Origin: Chitinophagales bacterium | GTDB taxonomy: Bacteria > Bacteroidota > Bacteroidia > Chitinophagales > LD1 | Reading direction: 5' to 3' | Assembly (NCBI GenBank): GCA_044228065.1 | Contig: JBGAVP010000011.1 | Location: 26,521-90,520 of the forward strand | DNA length: 64,000 nucleotides | Part shown: piece by piece, positions 40,187 to 49,907 of the stretch | Position numbering within the stretch: position 1 is the first letter of the stretch | Layout of the letters: the number at the start of each line of letters is the position of its first letter | Position numbers and translations under genes: made by a program | The notes under the pieces: generated by a model | What the model saw: only the letters and a program-made list of their open reading frames with translations | What the model was told of the DNA's origin: nothing | Database searches by the model: none

Positions 40187-40488
40187 TAAACTTTAGCTCT
40201 TTTTAAAATGGCAAAAATCTCTATACCAAATCCTGTTAATACTACAATGGGAGCCAGTGTAATTCTTCTAAAACTATAAATCTCTTCTGCTGGAAACACA
40301 CTTGGATCATCGTTATTTACTCCCAGGTAAAGTAAAAATCCTATAATAATGACTACGATTCCCACTACCATCAATTGGTAGTTTATCTTTTGAAAAACAA
40401 AATCTTCCGTAGATACTTTTGTAGCGGTAGCTTTACTCTCTGTAGGAGTATTTACTTTTGCTTTTGCTATAGGTTTGGTAGTAGCCAT
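40186..40488 (-). CDS. DUF3098-like small membrane protein
   Basis: 100 aa with FVFQKINYQLMVVGIVVIIIGFLL and SFRRITLAPIVVLTGF. It occupies the conserved position between ftsX and uppP seen in Bacteroidota (from memory, not searched). Confidence 0.7.
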   Translation of the reverse strand: MATTKPIAKAKVNTPTESKATATKVSTEDFVFQKINYQLMVVGIVVIIIGFLLYLGVNNDDPSVFPAEEIYSFRRITLAPIVVLTGFGIEIFAILKRAKV

Positions 40489-40491
40489 AAA

Positions 40492-41361
40492 TTAATCTTC
40501 TAATTTATAATTTAAATAACGCGTTAGTGCAATAACTGTGCTCAAAAAAGAAATAAGAATTCCGAACAGAATTATTAACCCTAAAAGCGTGGCGAAAATA
40601 GTCAAATCTGACTGTAATCCAATATCGGGCATTTGGTAGTCGAGGTAATACATAAAACCCGCCAGTACCAAACCTGCAAAAACTCCGCTTAATAAACCAT
40701 TTACTAGACTTCTTAACAAAAAAGGTTGAATGATAAACCAACGAGTTGCCCCAAAAAGCTGCATGCTTCTGATCGTAGCTCTTCTGGAATAAATCACCAA
40801 TTTAATGGTATTAAATATGAGCGAAATGGCAAAAGCTAAAAGAATACCACCCATTATAAGTCCTATAAAAGTGAGATTCCCTATCGTTTTATCCAGAAAA
40901 CCTAAAACTGTATTTTGAAAATTTATTTGAGAGATATGGGGCAATGCTGCTACTTCCTTTTTTATTTTTTCAAAAGACCGTTCATTGGCAAAATCTTCTT
41001 TTAGAAAAATTCGAAAGGAAGGATACAAAGGATTGTAGCCCAAAATATCTAAATAATTTTCCCCCAATTCCTTTTTCATGGACTCTGCCGCTTGCTCCTT
41101 TGAAATATAAGTACTACTCTTTACATAGTCCTTTTTTTGAAAAATAGTTTGCAATTCCTTGATTTCCTCAGGCTTTATTTCGGTATTCAGCACTACTTCT
41201 ACCGTTAAATTTTCGCGAATAGCAGAAGAAGTTTTTTTGGCTTCAAATGCAATGAAGACAACTATTCCCAATACAATAAGCACCAGTGTGGTGGCGAAAA
41301 TAGAATAGAAGTAGGTAGGGTTATTTCTGGAAGAATTCAATGAAAGTAAATTAGAATTCAA
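40492..41361 (-). CDS. ftsX: cell division protein FtsX-like permease
   Basis: N-terminal TM helix, periplasmic alpha/beta domain (YISKEQAAESMKKELGE), and C-terminal FtsX 3-4 TM (RSMQLFGATRWFIIQPFLL). TTG start, so the start is uncertain. Confidence 0.8.
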   Translation of the reverse strand: MNSNLLSLNSSRNNPTYFYSIFATTLVLIVLGIVVFIAFEAKKTSSAIRENLTVEVVLNTEIKPEEIKELQTIFQKKDYVKSSTYISKEQAAESMKKELGENYLDILGYNPLYPSFRIFLKEDFANERSFEKIKKEVAALPHISQINFQNTVLGFLDKTIGNLTFIGLIMGGILLAFAISLIFNTIKLVIYSRRATIRSMQLFGATRWFIIQPFLLRSLVNGLLSGVFAGLVLAGFMYYLDYQMPDIGLQSDLTIFATLLGLIILFGILISFLSTVIALTRYLNYKLED

Positions 41362-41647
41362 AGCTAAGCAGATAAGCCACTTTGTCCAATTTTTAGGTTA
41401 TTTTAAGGGAATCAATTTTCCACAGCAGGCTGTGTAGAATCTCTTTTAGAGGTTGTTTTGAAGTTATATGGTAAGAATTTTATGAGTAGTTTTTTGAGCG
41501 AGACAAGGAAGATTTTGCAGTCATAAGGGACTAATTATGGCGAAAAAATCAGACGAAGTCGCAGCCAAAAAAGTACCATAAAAAATTATTAAGATAATTT
41601 CAATACAGCCTCCAGAAACAAAAAAAAGCTAAACTATTGACTATAAC

Positions 41648-41677
41648 TTGCTACTGTTGCAAAAAAACATATTTTTG
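41648..41677 (+). promoter_or_regulatory. candidate promoter TTG-N19-TATTTTTG
   Basis: TTG 41648-41650, a 19-nt spacer, then TATTTTTG 41670-41677, 24 nt before the ATG at 41701. Matches the Bacteroidota sigma-A consensus TTG/TAnnTTTG. Confidence 0.45.
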
Positions 41678-41700
41678 CCCCTCAATAAAAATCAAGTATT

Positions 41701-41922
41701 ATGTTTTGGACATTAGAATTAGCATCTTATCTGGAAGACGCACCTTGGCCAGCTAGCAAAGACGACCTTATAGATTACGCCATTCGATCGGGTGCTCCTG
41801 TTGAAGTTGTAGAAAATTTGCAGGAATTGGAAGATGATTTAGAAATGTATGAAAGCATTGAAGACATTTGGCCAGACTATCCTACCAAGGACGATTTCTT
41901 TTTTAACGAAGAGGAATATTAA
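41701..41922 (+). CDS. DUF2795-like small acidic protein
   Basis: 73 aa with LASYLEDAPWPASKDDLIDYAIRSGAPVEVVENLQEL. Family name is from memory. Confidence 0.65.
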   Translation: MFWTLELASYLEDAPWPASKDDLIDYAIRSGAPVEVVENLQELEDDLEMYESIEDIWPDYPTKDDFFFNEEEY

Positions 41923-41934
41923 CCCCTTCAACTA

Positions 41935-41968
41935 TAAAAAAAGCCAACTTGTTCAGTTGGCTTTTTTT
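41935..41968. terminator. bidirectional rho-independent terminator
   Basis: 10-bp stem aaagccaact (41940-41949) / agttggcttt (41955-41964) with loop tgttc. An A-run lies before and a T-run after, between convergent genes. Confidence 0.7.
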
Positions 41969-42000
41969 ATGTGCAAGAAATTCTGCTGTTTAAAATCAGC

Positions 42001-43380
42001 TTACTTTTTAAAGTACGTTTTATTCAACTCCTCAAAGGTAGGGAAATGCTTATGATGCCATTTGTTTACTACCACTCCATTCTTTAACAATACCAAGCCT
42101 GGATTAGAACGCATAATCGTTTTAAGAGGAGTTTCATCGGCCATATAAAAAGGATAGGCAGTTTGGTTTTTGTGTCTAAATGCTTCTGCATCGTCACTGC
42201 TAAGGGCATAGAATTTAATGCCTGCCTTGTCACATGCCAGCGCCAAAGGATTCAAGTGTTTTGTGAAACAGCACTCGTGTGTATTGCCTAGTTTATAGGC
42301 TACTACCGCTAAGGTGTAATTAGGGTCGTGCAACAAAGATTCGGTAATATCTTCATGATCCTCATTATAAATATTCAAACCCATTATACGAGCTGGTATT
42401 CCTGGGTCTATCACTTTGTCTTCTCGCTTCACAAAGGTATCTACCTCATAATTCAATTTCGAAAGTTCATCTGCTTTCAGAGATTTGATTTCACCCGTAT
42501 TTTTATTTTGATACACAAAAAGCATATCTATTTTAGGAGCTTGTTTTACCACGCGCAATTCATTCAAATCGTTTCCTATTTTGTAAGGTCTAAAATCAAT
42601 CACTGGTTCGTTCCAAACAAAATTATACAAGCAGAAAAACAAAAACGCTACGGATGTTACAAAGGTGATAATATCTCTGCTTAATAAATTGAATAGCGGT
42701 TTAATACTCTTGTAACGAAGTGCTACAATCAAAATCATAGCCGTAAGCAACACATCTTTCCAAAAAGTTTCCCAAGGTTTTAATTTTATAAAATCACCAA
42801 AGCAACCACAATCGGTTACTTTCATTTTAGATTCTACAAATGCAGTAGTGAGTAAAAGCGAAGAGAATTTAGATAAAATAGCTACAGCTACAATAGCACC
42901 GATGGCGGCTAAAATTACAGTTGATTTTTCGGCTATTACTCCATAACACAAAACAGCAAAAACCAATAAGCTCAATACGAAAAATGTAATAGTAGGTTCG
43001 TAGCCAGAGAGGTAAGTAAAGCCCGTAAGTAACAAGAAAAAAACATTTAACAACAATAGCAAAGCTGTAGTTATTTTGGAACGCCAGCCTATCAGCAAAG
43101 CCACCCCCAGTGCTATCTCTGCAGTAATCATGGCTACCGCTAAAAAGGTAGAAAGCGGGTTCATAAACTCCAAATGCATGGCTTCAAAATACTCGTGCAT
43201 TTTGTAGCTAGTGCCCATAGGATCCACTGCTTTTACAAAGCCTGAAAAAACAAAGAGAATTCCTCCAAAATTTTGGAGAAAAGAAGTGATGACTCTTTTG
43301 TTCTCATCAAAGAAAAAACGAAAAAGAGTCCACAAGAGTGCTGCTATTCCTACATAAGTAAAGATGGTATATACGGTCAT
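42001..43380 (-). CDS. DoxX/MauE-like polytopic membrane protein with C-terminal thioredoxin-fold-like domain
   Basis: N-terminal ~230 aa form hydrophobic helices ending in the TDCGCFGDFIKLKPWETFWKD motif. The soluble C-terminal ~200 aa have an alpha/beta pattern. Confidence 0.65.
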   Translation of the reverse strand: MTVYTIFTYVGIAALLWTLFRFFFDENKRVITSFLQNFGGILFVFSGFVKAVDPMGTSYKMHEYFEAMHLEFMNPLSTFLAVAMITAEIALGVALLIGWRSKITTALLLLLNVFFLLLTGFTYLSGYEPTITFFVLSLLVFAVLCYGVIAEKSTVILAAIGAIVAVAILSKFSSLLLTTAFVESKMKVTDCGCFGDFIKLKPWETFWKDVLLTAMILIVALRYKSIKPLFNLLSRDIITFVTSVAFLFFCLYNFVWNEPVIDFRPYKIGNDLNELRVVKQAPKIDMLFVYQNKNTGEIKSLKADELSKLNYEVDTFVKREDKVIDPGIPARIMGLNIYNEDHEDITESLLHDPNYTLAVVAYKLGNTHECCFTKHLNPLALACDKAGIKFYALSSDDAEAFRHKNQTAYPFYMADETPLKTIMRSNPGLVLLKNGVVVNKWHHKHFPTFEELNKTYFKK

Positions 43381-43943
43381 TTTGTTTTATTTTTTTTGGT
43401 TCGTCTTTCAAATTCTTGCCTTAAATAACTAAAGAGAATTTCATCGTAAAACACTCCATTCATTAAAACTTTTTGTCTAAAAATTCCTTCTTCCTTAAAC
43501 TTTAATCGCTTAGGAATGGCAGCGCTTTTTTTATTTCTTTTTAATACTCTTATTTCTACACGGTTCAGTCCTAATTTTTCAAATCCATACTTTATAAGTG
43601 CTTTACAGCAGTCTGTCATAATGCCACTTCCCGTGTACTCTTCCGATAGCCAATATCCAATCTCAGCCGATAGATTATCGTAATTAATGGTATGAAAACC
43701 TACTCTGCCTATTAGCTCATTCTTGTAAAAAATAGCGGTATCTAAAGACTCCCCTAATTTGTATTCCTTTTCTACTTTTAAAATATGATCTAAAGAATCT
43801 TTGACTTCTAAAGTAGCATCTGTCCACGGCAAAAATTTTCTCAAAAACTTTCTATTCTTATCGGTCAAAGCAAACAATTCTTTTGCGTGATGTCGTGTCA
43901 TCATTCGCAAAGCAATGTCTTTGTTTACTTTTATCTCTAACAT
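43377..43943 (-). CDS. GNAT-family N-acetyltransferase (RimJ/RimL-like)
   Basis: IGRVGFHTI, GYWLSEEYTGSGIMT and NKKSAAIPKRLKFKEEG. There is a 4-nt overlap with the downstream gene. Confidence 0.85.
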   Translation of the reverse strand: MLEIKVNKDIALRMMTRHHAKELFALTDKNRKFLRKFLPWTDATLEVKDSLDHILKVEKEYKLGESLDTAIFYKNELIGRVGFHTINYDNLSAEIGYWLSEEYTGSGIMTDCCKALIKYGFEKLGLNRVEIRVLKRNKKSAAIPKRLKFKEEGIFRQKVLMNGVFYDEILFSYLRQEFERRTKKNKTK

Positions 43944-43947
43944 ACTT

Positions 43948-44499
43948 CTAAACCTTGCCTTCGCTCATTTGAATGAGTGCAAAAACAGCGTAATTTACAA
44001 TATCCATGTAGCCTGCATCTATTCCTTCCGAGATAATCGTTTTGCCACTGTTGTCTTCTATTTGCTTAATTCGAAGCAGTTTCATCAGTATCAAATCAGT
44101 AAAACTGCTCACCCTCATATCTCGCCAGGCTTCGCCATAGTCGTGGTTTTTAGCGAGCATTAAATTTTTAATTTCCAACACTTGAGCATCGTACAAAGCC
44201 AGCGTTTCTTCTAGCGCTAGCTCAATTCTATCGTTGTCCTTTAAATTCATTTGAATAAGACCCATCACCGCATAGTTAATGATGCCTATAAATTCTGGCT
44301 CAATCCCTTCATTCACTTTTCGGTCGGTAGTTTCTTCGAGTGTTTTTATTCGCTGCGCTTTTATAAATATTTGATCGGTTAAGGATTTAGGACGAAGTAT
44401 TCTCCACGAAGTACCATAGTCTTTAGTCTTCTTTAAAAATATATCTCTACAAATGGCAATCTGCTGCTCGTATTGCTGTATGGTTTTGGTATTGCTCAA
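43948..44499 (-). CDS. DUF1599-like protein (duplicated helical domain)
   Basis: Two copies of the K..DYG.(S/A)WR....S.TD.I.(I/M)K..RI...E pattern. Divergent from folP, as is common in Bacteroidota (from memory). TTG start. Confidence 0.7.
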   Translation of the reverse strand: MSNTKTIQQYEQQIAICRDIFLKKTKDYGTSWRILRPKSLTDQIFIKAQRIKTLEETTDRKVNEGIEPEFIGIINYAVMGLIQMNLKDNDRIELALEETLALYDAQVLEIKNLMLAKNHDYGEAWRDMRVSSFTDLILMKLLRIKQIEDNSGKTIISEGIDAGYMDIVNYAVFALIQMSEGKV

Positions 44500-44626
44500 C
44501 GCTCAAAAATTTTATCGCACTAAAATAGACAACAACCGCAAAAAATGAAGAGTTTTGGGAAATATTAATAAGTTGGTTGTTTTAAAACACCTATAAAAAT
44601 GATTTTAAAACATCATTAAAAGCAAT

Positions 44627-44717
44627 GAGATGTTTCACTCCGTTCAACATGACAACTAGGGCAAATGTCAGTATTTATCCAAAGAGGATTGTCATTCTGA
44701 ACGCAGTGAAGAATCTA
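44627..44717. repeat. imperfect 29-nt inverted repeat with 33-nt spacer (REP/MITE-like hairpin element)
   Basis: Left arm gagatgtttcactccgttcaacatgacaa (44627-44655) pairs with right arm ttgtcattctgaacgcagtgaagaatcta (44689-44717): 22 Watson-Crick pairs plus 1 G-T out of 29. Confidence 0.7.
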
Positions 44718-44755
44718 ATATTAAGTCAAAATCAAATCAACTCTCAATAACAATA

Positions 44756-45598
44756 ATGCCCTATATGATAAATTGCAAAGGAAAATTAATAGACCTCTCT
44801 ACTCCTAAAGTGATGGGGATATTGAATGTAACGCCTGACTCTTTTTTTGATGGAGGAAAGTATACGGCTATGGATGCTATTTTATTTCAAGCAGAAAAGA
44901 TGCTCACTGAAGGGGCTGATTTTATTGATATTGGTGGCATGTCCTCCAAACCGGGAGCTTCCATTATTTCTGCTGAAGATGAAATACAAAGAGTGTTACC
45001 TGCTTTAGAAGCAATACTAAAACGATTTCCAGAAGCAATCATTTCTATAGACACAGTTCATGCTAAAACTGCTGATGTGACTGTTGCGGCTGGAGCAGCT
45101 ATCATCAATGATATTGCTGCTGGTGAAATGGATAAGAATATGATTTCAACAGTAGCTAAATTACAAGTGCCGTATATCCTAATGCACATGCAAGGTACAC
45201 CTGAAACGATGCAGCAGAAACCATCTTATGAAAATGTTACCAAAGAGGTAATCAGATTTTTATTGCAAAAAATTAATCATTGCCGAGAAAGTGGTATTAA
45301 AGATTTGATAATTGACCCTGGTTTTGGATTTGGCAAAACTACAGAGCATAATTTCCAATTACTTAAAAGTTTGAAATCCTTTGAAATACTTGGAGTATCC
45401 ATTTTATGCGGACTTTCCAGAAAATCTATGATTAATAAAATACTTGGTATTTCTGCAAAAGACTCCTTAAATGGCACTACTGCATTGAATACCTTGGCCC
45501 TTTTAAATGGTGCTAAGATTTTAAGAGTACACGATGTAAAAGAAGCAAAGGAAGCTATTCAATTAGTGGAATACTACCATTCCATTTCATTATTCTAA
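44756..45598 (+). CDS. folP: dihydropteroate synthase
   Basis: [51 protein letters not shown] and RVHDV. Confidence 0.92.
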   Translation: MPYMINCKGKLIDLSTPKVMGILNVTPDSFFDGGKYTAMDAILFQAEKMLTEGADFIDIGGMSSKPGASIISAEDEIQRVLPALEAILKRFPEAIISIDTVHAKTADVTVAAGAAIINDIAAGEMDKNMISTVAKLQVPYILMHMQGTPETMQQKPSYENVTKEVIRFLLQKINHCRESGIKDLIIDPGFGFGKTTEHNFQLLKSLKSFEILGVSILCGLSRKSMINKILGISAKDSLNGTTALNTLALLNGAKILRVHDVKEAKEAIQLVEYYHSISLF

Positions 45599-46276
45599 AT
45601 TCCAGTCAATCGGCTGTAACCCTTTGCTGGAAAGGTATTCGTTTGTTTTAGAGAAAGGTTTGCTCCCGAAAAAACCATTGTAAGCTGAAAATGGCGAAGG
45701 GTGTGCTGCTTTTAAAATCAAATGTTTAGAAGCGTCAATTAAACTCTCTTTCTGTTGTGCAAACTTTCCCCAAAGAATAAAAACGACATTCGACTTTTCC
45801 TCAGAGATTTTTCGAATCACTTCATTTGTAAATAGTTCCCAACCTGCATTTTGGTGAGAAGCAGGCTCTGATTCATTTACAGTTAAAACAGCATTTAAAA
45901 GTAGTACCCCTTGTTTTGCCCATGCTTCTAAATTACCATGTGAGGGAGTTTCAATATTCAAATCTGCTTTTAATTCTTTAAAAATATTTACGAGAGATGG
46001 TGGTGGTTTTATACCATTGGGTACTGAGAAAGATAATCCATGTGCCTGCCCTGCACCGTGGTAGGGATCTTGCCCAATGATAACCACTCTCACATTTCGG
46101 AAGGGAGTAAGTTTAAAGGCATTAAAGATAAATGAGCCCGGAGGAAATACTCTTTTTCCTTTTTCTTTTTCCAATAAGATAAATTGTTTGATTGCAATAA
46201 AGTAGGACTTTGTAAACTCCTCTGATAACAAGGCTTTCCAGCTTTCTTCTAAAATTATATTGTTTGTTTCGCTCAT
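45590..46276 (-). CDS. ung: uracil-DNA glycosylase
   Basis: [33 protein letters not shown] and HPSPFSA. The 3' end overlaps folP by 9 nt (convergent). Confidence 0.93.
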   Translation of the reverse strand: MSETNNIILEESWKALLSEEFTKSYFIAIKQFILLEKEKGKRVFPPGSFIFNAFKLTPFRNVRVVIIGQDPYHGAGQAHGLSFSVPNGIKPPPSLVNIFKELKADLNIETPSHGNLEAWAKQGVLLLNAVLTVNESEPASHQNAGWELFTNEVIRKISEEKSNVVFILWGKFAQQKESLIDASKHLILKAAHPSPFSAYNGFFGSKPFSKTNEYLSSKGLQPIDWNLE

Positions 46277-46378
46277 TTTACAAAGTTGTTTTTTCTACCT
46301 CAAAATGTCCTTTTTTTAAGCAAGATAAAAATGTTAGTTTTTAAAATAGCTGAATCGTGTTATATTCGCATCCGTTTT

Positions 46379-46452
46379 GGTCCCGTAGCTCAGTTGGATA
46401 GAGCAACAGATTTCTAATCTGTGGGCCAGGGGTTCGAATCCCTTCGGGATCA
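46379..46452 (+). tRNA. tRNA-Arg (anticodon TCT)
   Basis: Manual cloverleaf: acceptor ggtcccg/cgggatc, D-arm gctc/gagc, anticodon stem acaga/tctgt with loop ttTCTaa, T-arm agggg-ttcgaat-ccctt, discriminator A. 74 nt, CCA not encoded. Confidence 0.9.
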
Positions 46453-46463
46453 CAAAACACTCT

Positions 46464-46500
46464 AAAACCCTTATCTGTATTCAGTTAAGGGTTTTCTTTT
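46464..46500 (+). terminator. rho-independent terminator after tRNA-Arg (may also serve convergent alkB)
   Basis: 10-bp stem aaaaccctta (46464-46473) / taagggtttt (46486-46495) followed by a T-rich tract. Confidence 0.6.
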
Positions 46501-46503
46501 TCT

Positions 46504-47106
46504 TTAAACTACCATAGTTCTAAATGTGAGATTAATTCTTGGATGCTTCACTTTAGTAGATTTAGGAAGTGCATGTAGCCAGTTGGTTTGAGTGGCACCC
46601 TTCATAATTAGCAAACTTCCATTTTCTAAAATCACACTTTCTTTTTCTGATGTCACCTTATGTTTAAATTCAAATTTTCTGGTGGCTCCCAAACTCAAAG
46701 AAGCAATCACGGTATCCTTACCGAGTGATTTTTCATCGTCACTATGCCATGCCATACCTTCGCTCCCATCGTGGTATAAATTAAGCAAGCAAGAATTAAA
46801 CTGCACCCCTGAAACTCTTTCCACCACATGTTTTAGCTCTAACAGTTCTTTTGTCCAAAGACATGCTTGTTTGGTAGTATTAGAATAGGTATATGAATAA
46901 TTTTCATTGCCATACCACACTACTTTTCGTTTGGTGATATAATGTTTCCCAAAAACAATAGCCTCGTCATTTTTCCATTGAATCTGGTGCAACAAAGTAT
47001 CCAAATAAAATTGACATTCCACTTTAGAAAGTATAACTCCTTCATACAGCACTTCGCCATCTCTGGGCAATAGATTATTCGTTTTTCCAGCAGTAAATAA
47101 ATCCAT
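46504..47106 (-). CDS. alkB: alpha-ketoglutarate-dependent dioxygenase AlkB
   Basis: 2OG-Fe(II) oxygenase motifs LLNLYHDGSEGMAWHSDDE, HALP and RINLTFR. ATG at 47106 (MDLFTAGK). Confidence 0.85.
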   Translation of the reverse strand: MDLFTAGKTNNLLPRDGEVLYEGVILSKVECQFYLDTLLHQIQWKNDEAIVFGKHYITKRKVVWYGNENYSYTYSNTTKQACLWTKELLELKHVVERVSGVQFNSCLLNLYHDGSEGMAWHSDDEKSLGKDTVIASLSLGATRKFEFKHKVTSEKESVILENGSLLIMKGATQTNWLHALPKSTKVKHPRINLTFRTMVV

Positions 47107-47116
47107 CTCTAAAACT

Positions 47117-47159
47117 AACAAAAACAAAACAGCCGCTAAATTTTTTTAGCGGCTGTTTT
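47117..47159 (-). terminator. rho-independent terminator of the upstream lipoprotein gene
   Basis: Perfect 15-bp stem aaaacagccgctaaa (47126-47140) / tttagcggctgtttt (47145-47159) with a T-rich tract on the minus strand. Confidence 0.7.
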
Positions 47160-47171
47160 GAATCACGAACA

Positions 47172-47837
47172 TTAAATAAATAATACTATCTGATAAGAGT
47201 ATTTTGTAGAAATGTTTGGAGTCTTAATATCATAGTTCACAGAGTTTACAATAATCCTATAATCTGAACTAATCTTTACTCTCTTATTTGTCATTTGATT
47301 AGAGTTCGTATTGTAAATGGATGTCCCATCAGATAAATCTCTAAGCCTGATAGTAGTAACTGGAGCTGGAGTATAAGGACTATCCTTTTTCCTCAGATAA
47401 ATAGAAATAATTGGCTCAGTAAGTGCTGCTGGAGTTGGCATCTTAAAGACATACTCATAAGCTGAAATAGTTGAAGCCAATCTACCCAGATAATCATAAA
47501 CTACAGGAACATATTGAGTATTATCCTTTGGTACAATCGAAAATCTGTAAGGTGTTTTTGTCGCATCTATTGTTGTTGAAAATTTACCATTTGCATCTAA
47601 AGGTAAATTACTAATTTCAGCATCAGCAAGTGATTTTATACTATATGTTGCATTGGTAACAGCATTACCTGGGTTAGCTAACTCTACCACTTTTCCAGTA
47701 AAAGAAAAACCAACAACTGGGACTCCCTTTTCACCACCCTTATTAGGTGCACATGAAAAAAGAGTAGCAGGTAACGCGGCAACTACTAATATGGATGCAA
47801 ACAAAGAAGAAGGAAGTAACTTTTTAGAAATTTTCAT
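47172..47837 (-). CDS. hypothetical lipoprotein
   Basis: Signal peptide with lipobox ALPATLFSC. 221 aa, beta-rich composition. Confidence 0.6.
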   Translation of the reverse strand: MKISKKLLPSSLFASILVVAALPATLFSCAPNKGGEKGVPVVGFSFTGKVVELANPGNAVTNATYSIKSLADAEISNLPLDANGKFSTTIDATKTPYRFSIVPKDNTQYVPVVYDYLGRLASTISAYEYVFKMPTPAALTEPIISIYLRKKDSPYTPAPVTTIRLRDLSDGTSIYNTNSNQMTNKRVKISSDYRIIVNSVNYDIKTPNISTKYSYQIVLFI

Positions 47838-47931
47838 AATTTAGGTTTTAATTTGAATGAAAACAAAAAGGGTTTACACAATGAATGTAATTATTTAATA
47901 ACATAATGTGCTTATTTTCACCCAAAAAGAT

Positions 47932-49791
47932 ATGCAAGAAATCAATCAACATCAGCAAAAATTCATTGAAGAAGAAATTCTGATGCTAAATGCTAGGGTA
48001 AACCAAGACCCTACTGATGTGATTCATTGTGGGAATAGTTTATTGAGTATAGCGCATCAATTAAAAGATTTAAAATCTGAGGCAGCTATTTGTCATACTA
48101 TAGGAAATGCAAACTTGCATTTAGAGAAATTTCAAGAAGCACTTGCTTATTATGAAAAGTCTTTATCTATCAGAAGAAAATTGAACGATGAAAAGGGTAT
48201 CTCTATTTCCTTAAACAATATTGGGCTTGTCTATGATTCATTAAGTTTATGGGATAAAGCCATAGAATATTATTTAGAGTCATTGGTAATTAAAGAGCGA
48301 TTAAATAATCCGCTTAGTATTGGGGCTACGTTAGATAACCTCGGGGCAGCCTATCTTAGAAAATCAAACTTTAAAGATGCAACAGCGGTACTTTATAGAT
48401 CGTTAAAAATTTATGAGTTAGCTAATGATGAACAACGCATTGCTATTACGTATCAGAATATTGGATTGGCACATCTAAACCTTGGAGATAAAGCATATGC
48501 GCTTCAAATGTACTTTAAGGCGTTAGACATTAAAATAAAAAGTGATGATTACCAATCTGTCATTCACCTCTACAACAACATAGGTATTGTTTACCTGGAT
48601 TTAAAAGATTATAAAGAAGCAGAAAAATATTACCAGAAATGCTTAGAAGTGAGCCAGACCCATCATTACAACAATGGTATTAGTGCAGCTTGTCTTAATT
48701 TGGCTTTGATTTTAAAGGAAGAAAATAAATTAAAAGAATCAATAGAGTATTTTCAAAAAAGTATTTCCATTTCCAAATCTTCTAATAACACAATTGAATT
48801 AATTCCTGCTCTATCCAACTTAGGAAATACGCTTAAAATAGTAGGTGATACTTCAGAAAGTGAAATGGTATTATTAGAAGCTTTAACTCTTGCTAAAGAA
48901 TTTAAAAGCCTAAATGATCAAATTGAGATTTATAAGTTTCTGGCAGAACTCTATGAGCAAAAACAAAATTTAGAAAAATCATTAGACTGCTACCGAAAAT
49001 ATTTAGGAGCCAAAGACGAGCTTTTAAATGTAGAAAACACCAAAGCAATTAATGAATTAAAAACTCAGTACGAGGTAGAAAAAAAAGAACAAGAAACTGA
49101 AATACATCGTCTTAAAAATATTGAATTAAAAGAGGCTTTAGAAAATCTTACCATTGAAAAGAATCGCTCAGAACAATTGCTACTAAACATCTTACCTGCT
49201 TCTATAGCCAACGAGTTAAAGCAAAATGGAAAAGTCAAAGCACGTAATTACGAACAAGCTACGGTAATGTTTGTAGATGTAAAGAATTTCACAAAACACA
49301 GTGTCCTCTTTAGCCCTGAAGAGGTGGTCACTGAAATAGATAATTGCTTTCAGATTTTTGATGCCGTAATTGATAACTATGCTATTGAAAAAATAAAAAC
49401 TATTGGCGATGCTTACTTATGCGCGAGTGGTATTCCCGAAAAAACAGAAAACAATGCTACCATTATAATTAATGCAGCCTTAGATATGGTAGCAGCTTTG
49501 GAAAATCACTACAAAAACAATACTGGAATTCATTTTGATTTTAGATTTGGAGTGCACACCGGACCTTTGATTGCTGGGGTAGTAGGCAAACGAAAATTCG
49601 AATACGATATTTGGGGAGATACCGTAAACACAGCTGCACGTATGGAACAATCGGGAGAAATAGGAAAAATAAATATTTCGGAAGAAACCTATCAGTTAAT
49701 AAAAAACGATTTTGTAATAACTGAACGTGGCCAAATAGAAGCCAAAAACAAAGGCCTCATCAATATGTATTTTGTAGAGGCCAGAAAATAA
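47932..49791 (+). CDS. TPR-repeat protein with C-terminal class III adenylate/guanylate cyclase domain
   Basis: About 8 TPR-like units (A..YY.KSL.I...L.D), a coiled-coil linker, then a cyclase domain ATVMFVDVKNFT, KTIGDAYLCASG, FRFGVHTGPLIAGVVG and YDIWGDTVNTAARME. Confidence 0.88.
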   Translation: MQEINQHQQKFIEEEILMLNARVNQDPTDVIHCGNSLLSIAHQLKDLKSEAAICHTIGNANLHLEKFQEALAYYEKSLSIRRKLNDEKGISISLNNIGLVYDSLSLWDKAIEYYLESLVIKERLNNPLSIGATLDNLGAAYLRKSNFKDATAVLYRSLKIYELANDEQRIAITYQNIGLAHLNLGDKAYALQMYFKALDIKIKSDDYQSVIHLYNNIGIVYLDLKDYKEAEKYYQKCLEVSQTHHYNNGISAACLNLALILKEENKLKESIEYFQKSISISKSSNNTIELIPALSNLGNTLKIVGDTSESEMVLLEALTLAKEFKSLNDQIEIYKFLAELYEQKQNLEKSLDCYRKYLGAKDELLNVENTKAINELKTQYEVEKKEQETEIHRLKNIELKEALENLTIEKNRSEQLLLNILPASIANELKQNGKVKARNYEQATVMFVDVKNFTKHSVLFSPEEVVTEIDNCFQIFDAVIDNYAIEKIKTIGDAYLCASGIPEKTENNATIIINAALDMVAALENHYKNNTGIHFDFRFGVHTGPLIAGVVGKRKFEYDIWGDTVNTAARMEQSGEIGKINISEETYQLIKNDFVITERGQIEAKNKGLINMYFVEARK

Positions 49792-49866
49792 ACTCTCCAC
49801 AACTTTTTCACACCCCCTATTCTATCAAGGCTATTTTGTAGTTTAGCATTTTAGTGAATCTTAGGA

Positions 49867-49907
49867 TTCTGAACTCTAATCTCTGCCTTCTAATTTCTGA
49901 CCTCTAA
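49867..49907 (+). repeat. three degenerate 13-14-nt tandem units immediately upstream of dnaE
   Basis: ttctgaactctaa (49867-49879), tctctgccttctaa (49880-49893), tttctgacctctaa (49894-49907). The ATG is at 49918. Confidence 0.5.

Noticed and set aside
46379-49791. tRNA-Arg as an integration site for a genomic island (alkB, lipoprotein, TPR-cyclase downstream)
   Set aside because: There is no integrase or recombinase. I could not find a direct repeat of the tRNA 3' end downstream, and the adjacent genes are ordinary chromosomal functions.
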